The position numbers were made by a program, and so were the translations under genes. Positions 1-10,655 of a stretch of DNA of 48,778 bases are shown here, one piece after another. The stretch is from Asterionella formosa (Eukaryota). The notes below the pieces were generated by a model. That model was not told where the DNA came from, did not search any database, and saw only the letters and a list, made by a program, of their open reading frames with translations. The DNA is taken from the NCBI GenBank assembly GCA_002256025.1, contig NKIB01014000.1, positions 1 to 48,778 of the forward strand, read 5' to 3'. Positions within the stretch are counted from its first letter, which is position 1. Each line of letters starts with the position of its first letter.

Positions 1-763
1 AAGAACAAGACTAGATAGACTATTAACAGAAAGCTCACAATATTACAAAGTGTAAAGTGAAAATACGTTTTCAGCTTTAGAGATCTTAAAAGTAAGATCT
101 GTGATATTTCAACTAGACAATTTAACACGGTACCAGGTACCTGGTATGTATTTTGAGGACTCCCGGTTGTACCAGTATACCGGTTATTATACTACCCGGT
201 GTGTTGTTCGTTTTTGGGAGGTTTTACCTGATACTCCGAATACCGGTAAGTACCCAGGTACCCTGGTCACGTACGACTACTGGTGCACCAGGTACACCAG
301 GTAAATTAATGACTCGGAAACATTTGCGTACGACAGCGGTGCTGTACATGGTCATACCGCAGTGTGTATGGTGTGTACCAAGCCTTCGTCACGCTGACCG
401 TTTCTCGACGCATAACCATTACCGTTAAGCCATTTGCTGATTGATGATCATTACGTAGGAGCAGTCCTGGGTTTTATACCGTTATTTAAAATACCCACTA
501 TGTATGCAATAAGAAGGGCGAACAAACGTTATCTTCAAAATTGCACAGACTGAAGGAGCTACCATCATTCTTTTAAGTTATCCTCAACGTTCTACACACA
601 GTGTATGATACTAATTCCTCTCCTTGCTGTACAAATGAAATATGATTCTATTCATACCAACATTTTATTATTTTTGCATGCACGACACGGCACAGCACGC
701 CGACATTATAACAAAGGACAATTGTTTTCTTGTTATTTTCAATAAACAAAGTCGTACCCCACA

Positions 764-3700
764 ATGCCGGTCCCCTGCATCGCTGCTGGAGCATGCTTCA
801 CAGCTACCATGGCAGCTCTGGGTGACTGCAACGTCGATGTGTCACATGGGACAGATGTGGAAGAAGGTCGGATCAACAATGATCAAGACGCCGACGCCGA
901 AGGGCGATCGCCCACAAAAAGGAGTTCTAGCGTTCAATTTCAAGGAGAAGCACTTGAAAAACAAGCTTCCAGAAACTGTAAGAATACATCCATTCAATCG
1001 TCGATATCAACTCCAATATCGGTGAGCCAAGTTGCCTCTGTTCGATCGATTCTCGCCAAGATGAAGGCTCGAGGAGACAGAAAGACCTCCATTCGGAAAT
1101 CAGACCATCCATCCTTGGTGGACGAAGAATCAGTTACTCCTTATGGATTCATCCAGGGGGACTTTCATAGCGCCAAAGTAATGGATGTTAATACTTTGGC
1201 AGGAGCATGGACTATGGCTTACCATCCCGAGGGAGCTTCGATTTTAGCCGTTGGTCTAATGGACGGCGAGGGTGTGGTCTTGTATGAAACACAAACATAT
1301 TCAGAAATTTATATTTTGGAACGAGAAGATACTGTATCAGCATTGGCATGGCTTCCCATGGCAGTAGAATGTGGACACTCGACGTCTTTGCTGGCCGTGG
1401 CTTGTTTGGACGGGACTGTTGCTGTGTACAAGATGCAAGTTGATCTGATTGAGCTACAAGGCGTAGATCTATTCTATGAATACCGTTGTAACTCCCAAGT
1501 TCGATGTATGACTGTGGTCATTAGTGATCATTCGGTTCTTTTGGCTGTAGGAGAAAAGATTGGAACTATCACCTTTTTCGCTTTGTCGTTTGACGGAACA
1601 CGGGCAGAATCATGGAACGTCGACCAACACGACAGTGCCGTCCTTGGATTAGTAATTAGTCATAGTGGATCGCTCCTGGCAGCTTGCACAAAGGGAGGCG
1701 ACGTGACAGTCCGGAGAATACATCGTGAGAAAGTAGGATTCCGTTTGGGAGCCGACTTATGGCACACAAAACGAAACGGCCCGTTGAGAAGCATTCTATT
1801 TAGTAACGACGACAGTCGATTGGTCTTTGGAGGGTACGACAAGAAAGTCGTTTTAGTAGATACTAACTTATGGGATGTGGTGCGAGAATTGAACCTTGAA
1901 GGAACCATCAATACGGTTTCATATGATAAGCTGGGACGGTATCTGGCAGTTGGTTGTCGAGACAATTCGTTCACACTCTTTGATACATCCACGTTCTTTC
2001 CCATAAAATCAATTCATACTCCAGGATGGGTTACTTGTGTTTCGTGGGGGAACGTCAGTAGTAGTGGCGATTTTGTTGCAGTGCGTTCAGAAGAGACATG
2101 TATTTCAATTCTGGATTTGACACCGATTCACAAGGTTAACGTGAAGCTCACATCTGAACGTGACAATAATGCTTCGCTCTCATGGAGCATAGATGGCCGA
2201 TTCCTCGCACGAATAAAAGGCAAAACAATATTGATTGCTGATTCTCGGAATGAGTTCAACGACGTGGCTAGTTTGGAGTTGAGTGGAGTGTTGAAAAGTG
2301 TAGCATTTTGCCCAGCTAAAGACAGAGGTAATTCCTTGGCATGTGTGAGCCTAGATGGCCAACTCGCTTTGTTACAGCTCATCTGCAAGGGAAGTCGATT
2401 TTACCTGGAAATTATCAAATCAGTCTTTTTGGAAGAAAATCTTTGCGTTTTGGCATGGATACCAGATGCATCCTTGATTGCAACGGGGGGTAGAGGAAAG
2501 AAATTATTCTTAGTATCATCAAATAGTATGCTGCCACTGATGTGCACGCCACTTGAGATTGAGGGACAAATATGGGCCATAGACTTTATGCCGCAAGCCG
2601 CGTCACTTCATGCAGGAGGCAGAGCCAACTCTTACTCAATGGCGGTTGGAAGCAGTGATTGCGTGGCAACACTGTACGATATTGGTAATCGCAATCCCAC
2701 ACTTAGAGTAATGCGGCCCAGACCTGTGCGATGTTTGACATATCACCCACTCTTGCCAACACTTGCCATAGGCGATGGCGGAAACATTGTATCTATTCTT
2801 GACATCCTTGGGGAAGAAACTTCGCATGAAGTTACCGTTGGTGGACGAGTGAATGCGCTTGCCTTCTCCCCCTCGGGTGATTTTCTGGTCGTCGGTTCAG
2901 ATGACTGTCGCTTTACTTTCCACGAAACTATTGGCTTTCGAATCGTCCAGGAAATTAAAGGGAATGGATTTGCCTTGTCGACTGAGTTTAGTGGATCATC
3001 AGGTCAGTACCTTGCACTGGGCAATGCTAACAATGACTACTCCGTGTTTCGACTTGGGCCATTCCTGGGAACTGACATGATTCCTTTGGAGTCGTCAGGA
3101 GGAATAGATCACTTACCAACATGGGCTTTTAATGAGGCACTTTACCGTAGTGGGGACGGTCCATCTATTGTACAACGAAATATGATTGAAGGGAGTCAAG
3201 CTAGCCTCCGACGAGCTGCTACGATCTTGCAGGATCACCCTGATGCCATCTATGCCTTTGACAGGTCTACCGGAGATGGTTGCTTCCAGACAGCTTTAAA
3301 ACTCAAGAAACCAAACTTACTGAAGCTAGTAATGACAACCCTTGTGGATGGAACCCTAGAAACCGATAGTAATGGCCGTCGAACTATCTTGACATCAGAG
3401 ATGCCTGAGCTGGGTCTTGACACTCTTCAGCACATCATCGCAAACTTTCCACCCCAGTATATTGTTGATATCCTTGCTGAAATGACCTACATAAAGGTGC
3501 CATTTACTGAACCTCGGGAGGTATCGACGAGCCATATCAAGGAATGCGGTAGCTCTTCCTACGCCGATCCCTGGGACTTGTGTGCCCCTAGACGAGGTAT
3601 ATCACGATCGGAACATATATTGAAATTCGAGGATGATGATACCAAAGAATATGTTTATCGTACTCCAGCAGTACTACCACTTCCAGGTCTTGGAAGTTCG

Positions 3701-5017
3701 AAATTCTTATCTTCATTGCTGAACGGCGCCCCTCCAACAGTGTTCGACAATGCTGCCATGGGAATCGTCCTCCACGTGATGTGGGAACAATTTATCCGGC
3801 CATACTTTCTCTTCGACCTTTCTATCTTCCTCTTATACTATTTACTTTGGACAGTCGTCGTTGACTGGACTAGTTCAACTACTTCAGCGTCATCGGATAG
3901 CTTAAGTGGAATCAAAAAGGCAACGCCAATGTGTCTGATTGTGCTCAACACTGTATTCGCTGTAAAAGAAATCATCCAATCAAACTTCGGACGGAGCAAA
4001 GGATATTATCGTTCCATTTGGAATGCAGTGGATGTTCTCTCGATCGTCATGGTGTACATATATGCCGGTTCGACGCTGTTTCAAGGGGGATTCGGCTCAG
4101 GAAATGTTCCGTTGGCAGTGTTCACAACGCTTCTCTTGACTTTAAAGTTACTATCATACCTTCGTGGATTTGATAGTACGGGCTGGCTTATTTCGGTATT
4201 ACTCCAGAATTTCCGCGATGTCAGAGGCTTCATTCTGGTCCTTCTCGTGATGCTCTTTGGATTCACCACCTCGTTTCGACTACTTTTCGGTGATGTCCAG
4301 GGAGTTTGTCAGATCCAAGTCGACACGAATGGGGAATTCGCAGAGCAATGTAGTGTGAATCCATATTCATCTATTGGACGAGCCTTCTTGGCAACCTTTG
4401 CGCTAACTGTACTTGGAAGTTACACTGACGGTTTTTTGGATGCGAGTAAATACACCCCATTGGCAGTCTTGATCGTGATTGTGGCCGTAGTAAGCGTTCT
4501 GGTAGTGGCCCTGAATGCACTTATTGCTGTCCTGTCCGACAGCTACGCTCGAGTCCAAGAAAAGGCTGTCGCAAATCGCCGAAAAGAACGAGCGGCTCTT
4601 ATTGTCGAATATCTTTCCATCTTGCCTCCACCGAAACGACGAGAGATTGAAAAGAATACTCGCTACTTTCATGCCTTGCTTGAGGCTGACGAAGACGGCG
4701 ATTTGCTTGTCAGTAAGGATGACTGGCAGGGCGGACTGATTGCCCTTCGTCGAGATTTGGAGGAGATGAATGCTCACAGTGCCGAACTGAATCATCAGGC
4801 AATGGACGAATGGAAAGCTAGTATTGACAATGACATTGCTGCCTTGCGCCGGGAAGTAATCTCAATGCTTGAGGACGTTTCGAGAGATTTGAAAGAATTG
4901 CGACGGGTGCAGAAGGAGGGAGGTGTGACATTCAATGGGAGCAATGTGGCCAAAGCTGTCCGAGCAGTCAAGTCAATAGGCAATAGAGGATTGTTCGGAG
5001 TAGGCAATGATACTTAG
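764..5017 (+). CDS. WD40-repeat-containing TRP-like (6-TM ion transport) cation channel, 1417 aa, intronless
   Basis: Uninterrupted ORF. Residues ~140-770 are serial WD40-like blades (e.g. LLAVACLDGTVAVY, LVFGGYDKKVVLVD, YLAVGCRDNSFTLFD, FLVVGSDDCRFTF). The C-terminus has TRP/ion-transport hallmarks: S3 'SIWNAVDVLSI', S4-S5 'LKLLSYLRGFDSTGWLISVLLQNFRDVRGF', pore 'FLATFALTVLG', S6 'ALNALIAVLSDSYARV', a TRP-box-like 'RRKERAALIVEY' and a coiled-coil tail. The start could be a downstream Met. Confidence 0.85.
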   Translation: MPVPCIAAGACFTATMAALGDCNVDVSHGTDVEEGRINNDQDADAEGRSPTKRSSSVQFQGEALEKQASRNCKNTSIQSSISTPISVSQVASVRSILAKMKARGDRKTSIRKSDHPSLVDEESVTPYGFIQGDFHSAKVMDVNTLAGAWTMAYHPEGASILAVGLMDGEGVVLYETQTYSEIYILEREDTVSALAWLPMAVECGHSTSLLAVACLDGTVAVYKMQVDLIELQGVDLFYEYRCNSQVRCMTVVISDHSVLLAVGEKIGTITFFALSFDGTRAESWNVDQHDSAVLGLVISHSGSLLAACTKGGDVTVRRIHREKVGFRLGADLWHTKRNGPLRSILFSNDDSRLVFGGYDKKVVLVDTNLWDVVRELNLEGTINTVSYDKLGRYLAVGCRDNSFTLFDTSTFFPIKSIHTPGWVTCVSWGNVSSSGDFVAVRSEETCISILDLTPIHKVNVKLTSERDNNASLSWSIDGRFLARIKGKTILIADSRNEFNDVASLELSGVLKSVAFCPAKDRGNSLACVSLDGQLALLQLICKGSRFYLEIIKSVFLEENLCVLAWIPDASLIATGGRGKKLFLVSSNSMLPLMCTPLEIEGQIWAIDFMPQAASLHAGGRANSYSMAVGSSDCVATLYDIGNRNPTLRVMRPRPVRCLTYHPLLPTLAIGDGGNIVSILDILGEETSHEVTVGGRVNALAFSPSGDFLVVGSDDCRFTFHETIGFRIVQEIKGNGFALSTEFSGSSGQYLALGNANNDYSVFRLGPFLGTDMIPLESSGGIDHLPTWAFNEALYRSGDGPSIVQRNMIEGSQASLRRAATILQDHPDAIYAFDRSTGDGCFQTALKLKKPNLLKLVMTTLVDGTLETDSNGRRTILTSEMPELGLDTLQHIIANFPPQYIVDILAEMTYIKVPFTEPREVSTSHIKECGSSSYADPWDLCAPRRGISRSEHILKFEDDDTKEYVYRTPAVLPLPGLGSSKFLSSLLNGAPPTVFDNAAMGIVLHVMWEQFIRPYFLFDLSIFLLYYLLWTVVVDWTSSTTSASSDSLSGIKKATPMCLIVLNTVFAVKEIIQSNFGRSKGYYRSIWNAVDVLSIVMVYIYAGSTLFQGGFGSGNVPLAVFTTLLLTLKLLSYLRGFDSTGWLISVLLQNFRDVRGFILVLLVMLFGFTTSFRLLFGDVQGVCQIQVDTNGEFAEQCSVNPYSSIGRAFLATFALTVLGSYTDGFLDASKYTPLAVLIVIVAVVSVLVVALNALIAVLSDSYARVQEKAVANRRKERAALIVEYLSILPPPKRREIEKNTRYFHALLEADEDGDLLVSKDDWQGGLIALRRDLEEMNAHSAELNHQAMDEWKASIDNDIAALRREVISMLEDVSRDLKELRRVQKEGGVTFNGSNVAKAVRAVKSIGNRGLFGVGNDT

Positions 5018-5880
5018 AGAATTGAATAGAAATGACAATCAAGCGCTGTAAGACATTTTTTGTTTTCCATTTCAGAGTACTGTTACTTTTTTTAGGAGGA
5101 GTATCATGAAAAATACCGGTACCTGAAATTTAGGTAATACCATATGCAATGAACTGTTGAGGAACCATGTTCGGTTCTCAAGGTCGTCAGCGAACCCTTA
5201 CTAATTGGAATAAATATTGGATGGTTGCACAAGCCTCTTGCAGAACTTTAGAAACTTTTGTGTGTAATTGACACACTGATGGTCATCCAAGATAATCAAA
5301 GTGATGGTGGCTGCCCCGATTTCCCCCTGCTGACATTCCAAAGGAGTTTGGCAATCACATCAATCATTACTTCAATTCAATTGCCTCCCACAATTGGATG
5401 GGCACACAGCCATTCTGTAAATCATTTTCAGCTCCTGTCGTCCACCGCATCCAAAAGCAATTTGATTACCGGTGGTATGTCATTCATAGAGCATTTGACT
5501 ACCTGGTACCGGGTACTGACACTGCTGTGCCGTGAGCGAATCCGTCAGAATACCGGTATACCACAATCTGGACCAGGCACAATGTAGCAGGTACCTCTGG
5601 TGCAAGTTGCGGTCATTTCGCTTATGTATGTAGGAAATAAACAATTTATTAAATCACATGTGGGATAAAAAAAGATAGCTAAAGTATTAGTTTCAGCACA
5701 ATTTCTTGTACTCCCCTCTAAGTAAAATCAGTCGTGGCTATGTACATTGAGGGGTACGAGACACCAGGTTTTACGGTAAACAACTTGCTGGTATATGATT
5801 GATAGCTAATTGATAGATTTATATGTACCTGAATTTATTACATGATGTCAACATGTCAACCTTTGTACAAGGTATTTGCA

Positions 5881-6035
5881 TATACCAGTACCGGACCTGG
5901 TAGACTACCTCAGGTATTCAAACCAGTTCTTGCCTACATAGAAAACAATCGAACAGTTGGTACTTGGTACATAGGAACCTTGTACCTGGTACCTGGTACC
6001 AGGTGCTCCCTCACTGCCGGTACCAGGTAGTATGT
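5881..6035. promoter_or_regulatory. Cluster of GGTACC/ACCTGGT/ACCAGGT/ACCGGT motifs upstream of the elongase (similar clusters at 129-302, 5499-5596, 7800-7970, 14378-14408, 37795-37832)
   Basis: Examples: GTACCTGGTACCTGGTACCAGGT and CCGGTACCAGGTAG. The motif is visible directly; a regulatory role is only inferred. Confidence 0.4.
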
Positions 6036-6256
6036 ATAAAATAATTGACCAGTAAAACTGAGAAAAAGCTAATTAAGTAGCAACCACACAAAAATAATGT
6101 TGCCGCATCATCATAAACTTGATCTTATACATAGTAAGTACTGTACACTGTACAGTATATGAATGTACGTACAACAACAATTATCTCATGCCACATTATA
6201 TACCCGGTATATATTTCAAATTAATTACCGGTAGCAATAAGAAAGCACCATCAGCC

Positions 6257-7420
6257 ATGGCGTCGCCTTGTTCTCGCACGAATCTGGCCGGTGTCGTCTA
6301 TGAAGAGTTTACCTGCTTGTATCCTTTCCTTAAGCCCTTTTATGCAAGGTACGTTCACTTGGAATTAAAAACGCAAGGAAGGGGCGAAAACGGCGTTAGG
6401 TCTGCCCTTTCCCCGCCTGATGTGCCAATGCCAAAATCTAAAACATTCACTCACCTCGTTCATCGTGCTCCTGTGATGTAACATCATCGCTTCACACACA
6501 GCTTCGAGTGCGACTATGACCCCGTACCAGTTCGAGACTGGATGGTGTCAGCTCCATGGCTACCTATCACAGCCGTGGCATTGTACGGTCTCATGATTGT
6601 TGTGGGAACGCACTATTTTGCACCACGCGAGCCCTGGAATTGGAGGCGAGCCTTGGCCTTGTGGAACTTTGGATTGGCTGCCTTTAGTGCCATTGGATTT
6701 GTGAGGGTCGTACCTCAAGTGGTGCACAACTTGCTTCACTTTACCTTTGCCGAAAACATGTGTGCCGATCCTGAAGCACACTATGGGAGTGGCAGCACCG
6801 GGCTATGGGTGCAGCTATTTGTTCTGTCCAAGTTTCCGTACGTTGTGTGTTATGATTTAATATGTGTGTGTTTGTGTGTATATCACACTGTAATGTCGGT
6901 TCTTGAGTTGAGTTGATTTTAAGATATACACAACTCACCCATGTCATCAAACTGCTTTTTATTATTTTTTACTACATCCCAACTGCACAGTGAACTCATT
7001 GATACACTCTTTATTGTCGTGCATAAGAAAAAACTCATTTTTCTCCACTGGTACCATCATGTGACAGTGCTTCTTTATTGCTGGCATTCATATGTCACTT
7101 CAAGTCCAACTGGGGTCTTTTTCTGTGCCATGAACTATGGGGTACACTCCATCATGTACTTTTACTACTTCTTAATGGCAATTAAAATCAAACCCCCCTG
7201 GGCCATGCTCATTACTACGTTGCAAATTTCACAAATGATTGTTGGTGTTATCTTGACTGTGTTGGGATTTGTCTATGTTGGAAGTTCTCCCAACTGTTGG
7301 ATTTCAACTGAGAACAATCGTGCAGCCTTTTGCATGTATGGGAGTTATTTGGCACTCTTTTTACAGTTTTTCGTGTCTCGCTACTTTGGAGGGAAAAAGG
7401 TCAAGAGCAAGAAGGAGTAA
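6257..7420 (+). CDS. ELO-family (GNS1/SUR4, ELOVL6-like) fatty acid elongase; exons 6257-6348, 6502-6837, 6991-7420 (285 aa)
   Basis: GT-AG introns at 6349-6501 and 6838-6990 restore one frame (..FYAS-FECDYDP.. and ..LSKFP-ELIDT..). ELO motifs KxxExxDT, LHWYHH, MNYGVHSIMYFYY and TxLQxxQM are present, with a C-terminal lysine-rich ER-retention-like tail KKVKSKKE. Confidence 0.93.
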
Positions 7421-7970
7421 AAATATTGAGACCAAAACTTACAAAATAAACCATAGAATAAAAGCTCAAAGTCAAATTCACTTGTGATATTACATGCAAG
7501 TTGGAATATTGAGCATCTACAATTTGTTAACAACTTATCTGCCCTTGGAAGAATGCTGTTCAAAAGAAATGAGTCATTCAATTTCCATATCCATCCAGTT
7601 GATAATCCAGATTGATGTGCCACTGGTATTTCCCACTTCATTGCCTTCATTGATGCATTCTTCAGCACTATTTGGTCATGATGAATGCCACTTCATGATT
7701 GTTGTCCTCATTCCAACAGCACATGAAATTGTAATTCTGAAGAAGCTTCTCAATTGAAACCCCCACAATCCTACCAGTGCATATTAGTTGGGGACTATGA
7801 CGTACTGTACCTAGTACCAGGTCCCAGCTATCCCAACATGTGGTATTTCATACCGGTGGTTTATGTAGGAGTAGTCTACTTGCTGGGAAGGTCCAGTAAA
7901 ACACATTTTTGACTTATGAAAAGATTAATCTAAAGATCTCGATTGCCGGACCTTCCCTGCTGGTACCAGG

Positions 7971-8144
7971 TGAAGTATCTAACTAGAAGTAGTAGTATTT
8001 GTTGAATACATGAGCTAATTAATCTTATATACAACTTGTTTCCCAGGTTGACATCAAAGTATACAATAGGTGTTAGTCGAGTTCTGATATATTTGATATA
8101 ACCCTAACACTATATACATCTGTATCGATGTGCAGGATCGCTCA
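7971..8144 (-). repeat. 3' LTR of the Gypsy element (~174 bp, TG...CA)
   Basis: Reads TGAGCG...CTTCA on the minus strand immediately after a polypurine tract. 7971-8069 matches 13378-13476 with about 6 mismatches in 99 bp. Confidence 0.75.
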
Positions 8145-9809
8145 CTCTCCCACACTTCAGGGAAAACCTTTTACCTATGAAAAGGTTTGATACGACGAAT
8201 ATTAATTCGTTCTGTAATATGCGTAGTACGTTGAAAAGTAACTGTACCATTGTCATGTACTTGAATAATAGTAAAAGGACCTCGTCCACGATCATCCAAA
8301 GTAGTAGGATTATCCAAAAGTAATAAAATCTCATCACCCACTTTGTAATCATAAGATCAATGACGGAAATCAATGCAACGTAAGCCTTCGTCGATTATAA
8401 CCTGTCGACGTTGATGTATTAATTGTAAATCTGTAATCAAAGGAATATTTAATATCATATCACGTTGAAAAACCCATGCGCCTGGTGAAATACGTAATAT
8501 ACTATGAATAGTAGCTCGAGCTGCATATGATGCAGTTGCAAGACATGTATCCACAATATTTTGGGCTTGAAATTCATTCATTGGAGGATGAGCCTTCAAC
8601 ATAATTCGTAGACTATTACTGATAGATTGATGTAAACGTTCACAGATAGCATTTGCTTGTGGATTCTTGACTGTAGTAGTCACATCTATAATTCCATTCA
8701 ACACCAACATGTGTAAGAAAGGAGCACCAGTAAATTCACCTCCATTGTTGTGTATACAACATTCTGGACGGGGATATCTGGCTGGCTAACCAATCATTTT
8801 CGAATTTCATTGCAATATATTCTGATGTTTTGTTATTGATACATGAAATTTCTGCCAAACTGGTGACCGTATCAATACAAGTTAGAGCACGAAATTCAAT
8901 TGCTTGAGTAGCCACTGTTATCTTCCGTGGACCAATTAAATCTACTGCAACTTCTGACCATGGTAAAAACAATGCATTTCTGGGAGGAAGTTCACCAAAA
9001 CCAGTACCAGGTAATTTTGTACGTTGACATGCTTCACATACTCTTACAATATGTTCCACTCTTGCTTTTAATGTAGGATGATAAAAATGTGTAGCAATTG
9101 TAGCATTTAATCTTGTCATAACCACATGAGCTAGCTAACATCTGATGATACCAATTAATAATAGGATCCAATAATGATGTAGGCATAGCAATACGCCAAG
9201 TATCTCCTGGATTCTTCACAAAACATATTAAAAATATATCATGAAAATTGATAGAGGGAAGTTTTAATGGATGTGTTTGTTGATTGAGAATCAATTGTAT
9301 ATCCAGCAATTGTCTATCATGTATTAAATTTTAATCCAGAGGATATTGAATATTGTCTGTCAAGATGGGATTATTAAGGAAACAAGTAAGCAAAGGTTCA
9401 TCATCTAATTCAATTGAAAAAGTAGAAGTGGAAGTTGATGTTGGAGATTTCGGTCCAATATCAATATCATCCTCCACCAAAGACTCAAGCCTCGGGAGGC
9501 GAGAGATGGAATCTGCAATAGCATTGTCATTCCCTTTCACATAGTGAAAAGTAGGATGATTTTCTTCAATATAAAACTCCATCTTAGAACACGTTGAGTA
9601 TGTAAAGTATTATAAATAAGATTTCGATGATCAGTGTGAACATGTAGAACGGCACCCAATAACATAGAGCGAAATTCTTTGAAAGTTTCTACCACAGAAA
9701 GTAATTCTTTTTCAATATTAGTATAATTCTTTTGAGCAGCAGATAGTTTGCGAGAATAAGAAGCAACTGGCAGATCATTTTGCATAATGACCGACCCTAA
9801 TTGATAATC

Positions 9810-10655
9810 AGAGGCATCATTAAAGATATGAAAAGGAAGATTAGCTATGGTCAGGATAACGCATGAGTGTATCTGCAACTAACAATGCCTTCATTTCTTC
9901 AAAAGCTTGTTGATGGATAGGTAACCAGACAAATGGACTAGTTCCAATTAAATCCGTAAGTGGTCCAAGAACATGAGATCGTCTAGGAAACCTGTCTCGA
10001 TAGTAAGTAACAGCACCGAGAAATGATCTGACTTGTTTAAGATCGGTAGGTGAAGACATATTAATCAATGCTTGGACCTTTTTAGACCAAGGTTTCAGTC
10101 CATTAGGAGTTAACCAATAGCCTAACCAATCTGTCTCTTGGACTGCCCATTCACACTTAGATGGATTAATTGTAAAACCATTTGTCTGTAAATCTGTAAA
10201 CGATGTAAAATAGTGTCCAATAAATGAAGGTGATTAAAAATTAGAGGCATCAGTTAAGAAATGAAAAGGAAGATTATGATCAGGATAACGCATGAGTGTA
10301 TCTGCAACCAACAACGCTTTCATTTCTTCAAAAGCTTGTTGATGTATAGGTAGCCAGACAAAGGGACTAGTTCCAATTAAATCCGTAAGTGGTCCAAGAA
10401 CATGAGATCGTCTAGGAAACCTGTCTCGATTGCATGTAACAGCACCAAGGAATGATCTGACTTGTTCAAGATTGGTAGGTGAAGACATATTAATCAATGC
10501 TTGGACCTTTTTAGACCAAGGTTTCAGTCCATTAGGAGTTAACCAATAGCCTAACCAATCTGTCTCTTGGACGGCCCATTCACACTTAGATGGATTAATT
10601 GTAAAACCATTTGTCTGTAAACGATATAAAATAGTGTCCAATAAATGAAGGTGAT
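9810..10655. repeat. ~420-bp tandem duplication of the RT C-terminus/RNase H junction inside the Gypsy element
   Basis: 9810-10234 and 10243-10655 both encode ..[43 protein letters not shown]. Confidence 0.9.

Noticed and set aside
101..428. Short ORFs 101-304 and 153-428
   Set aside because: Non-ATG starts; the translations reflect the GGTACC motif cloud and show no protein features.
642..1025. 127-aa ORF overlapping the channel start, and other short ORFs nested in or antisense to long CDSs
   Set aside because: Alternative-frame shadows of well-supported genes with no recognisable motifs.
129..6035. GTACCAGGTAC repeats as a CRISPR-like array
   Set aside because: No constant repeat length, no regular spacers, no cas genes, and the context is eukaryotic.
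6119..7420. Three separate ORFs at the elongase locus
   Set aside because: They are exons of one gene, with read-through into introns.
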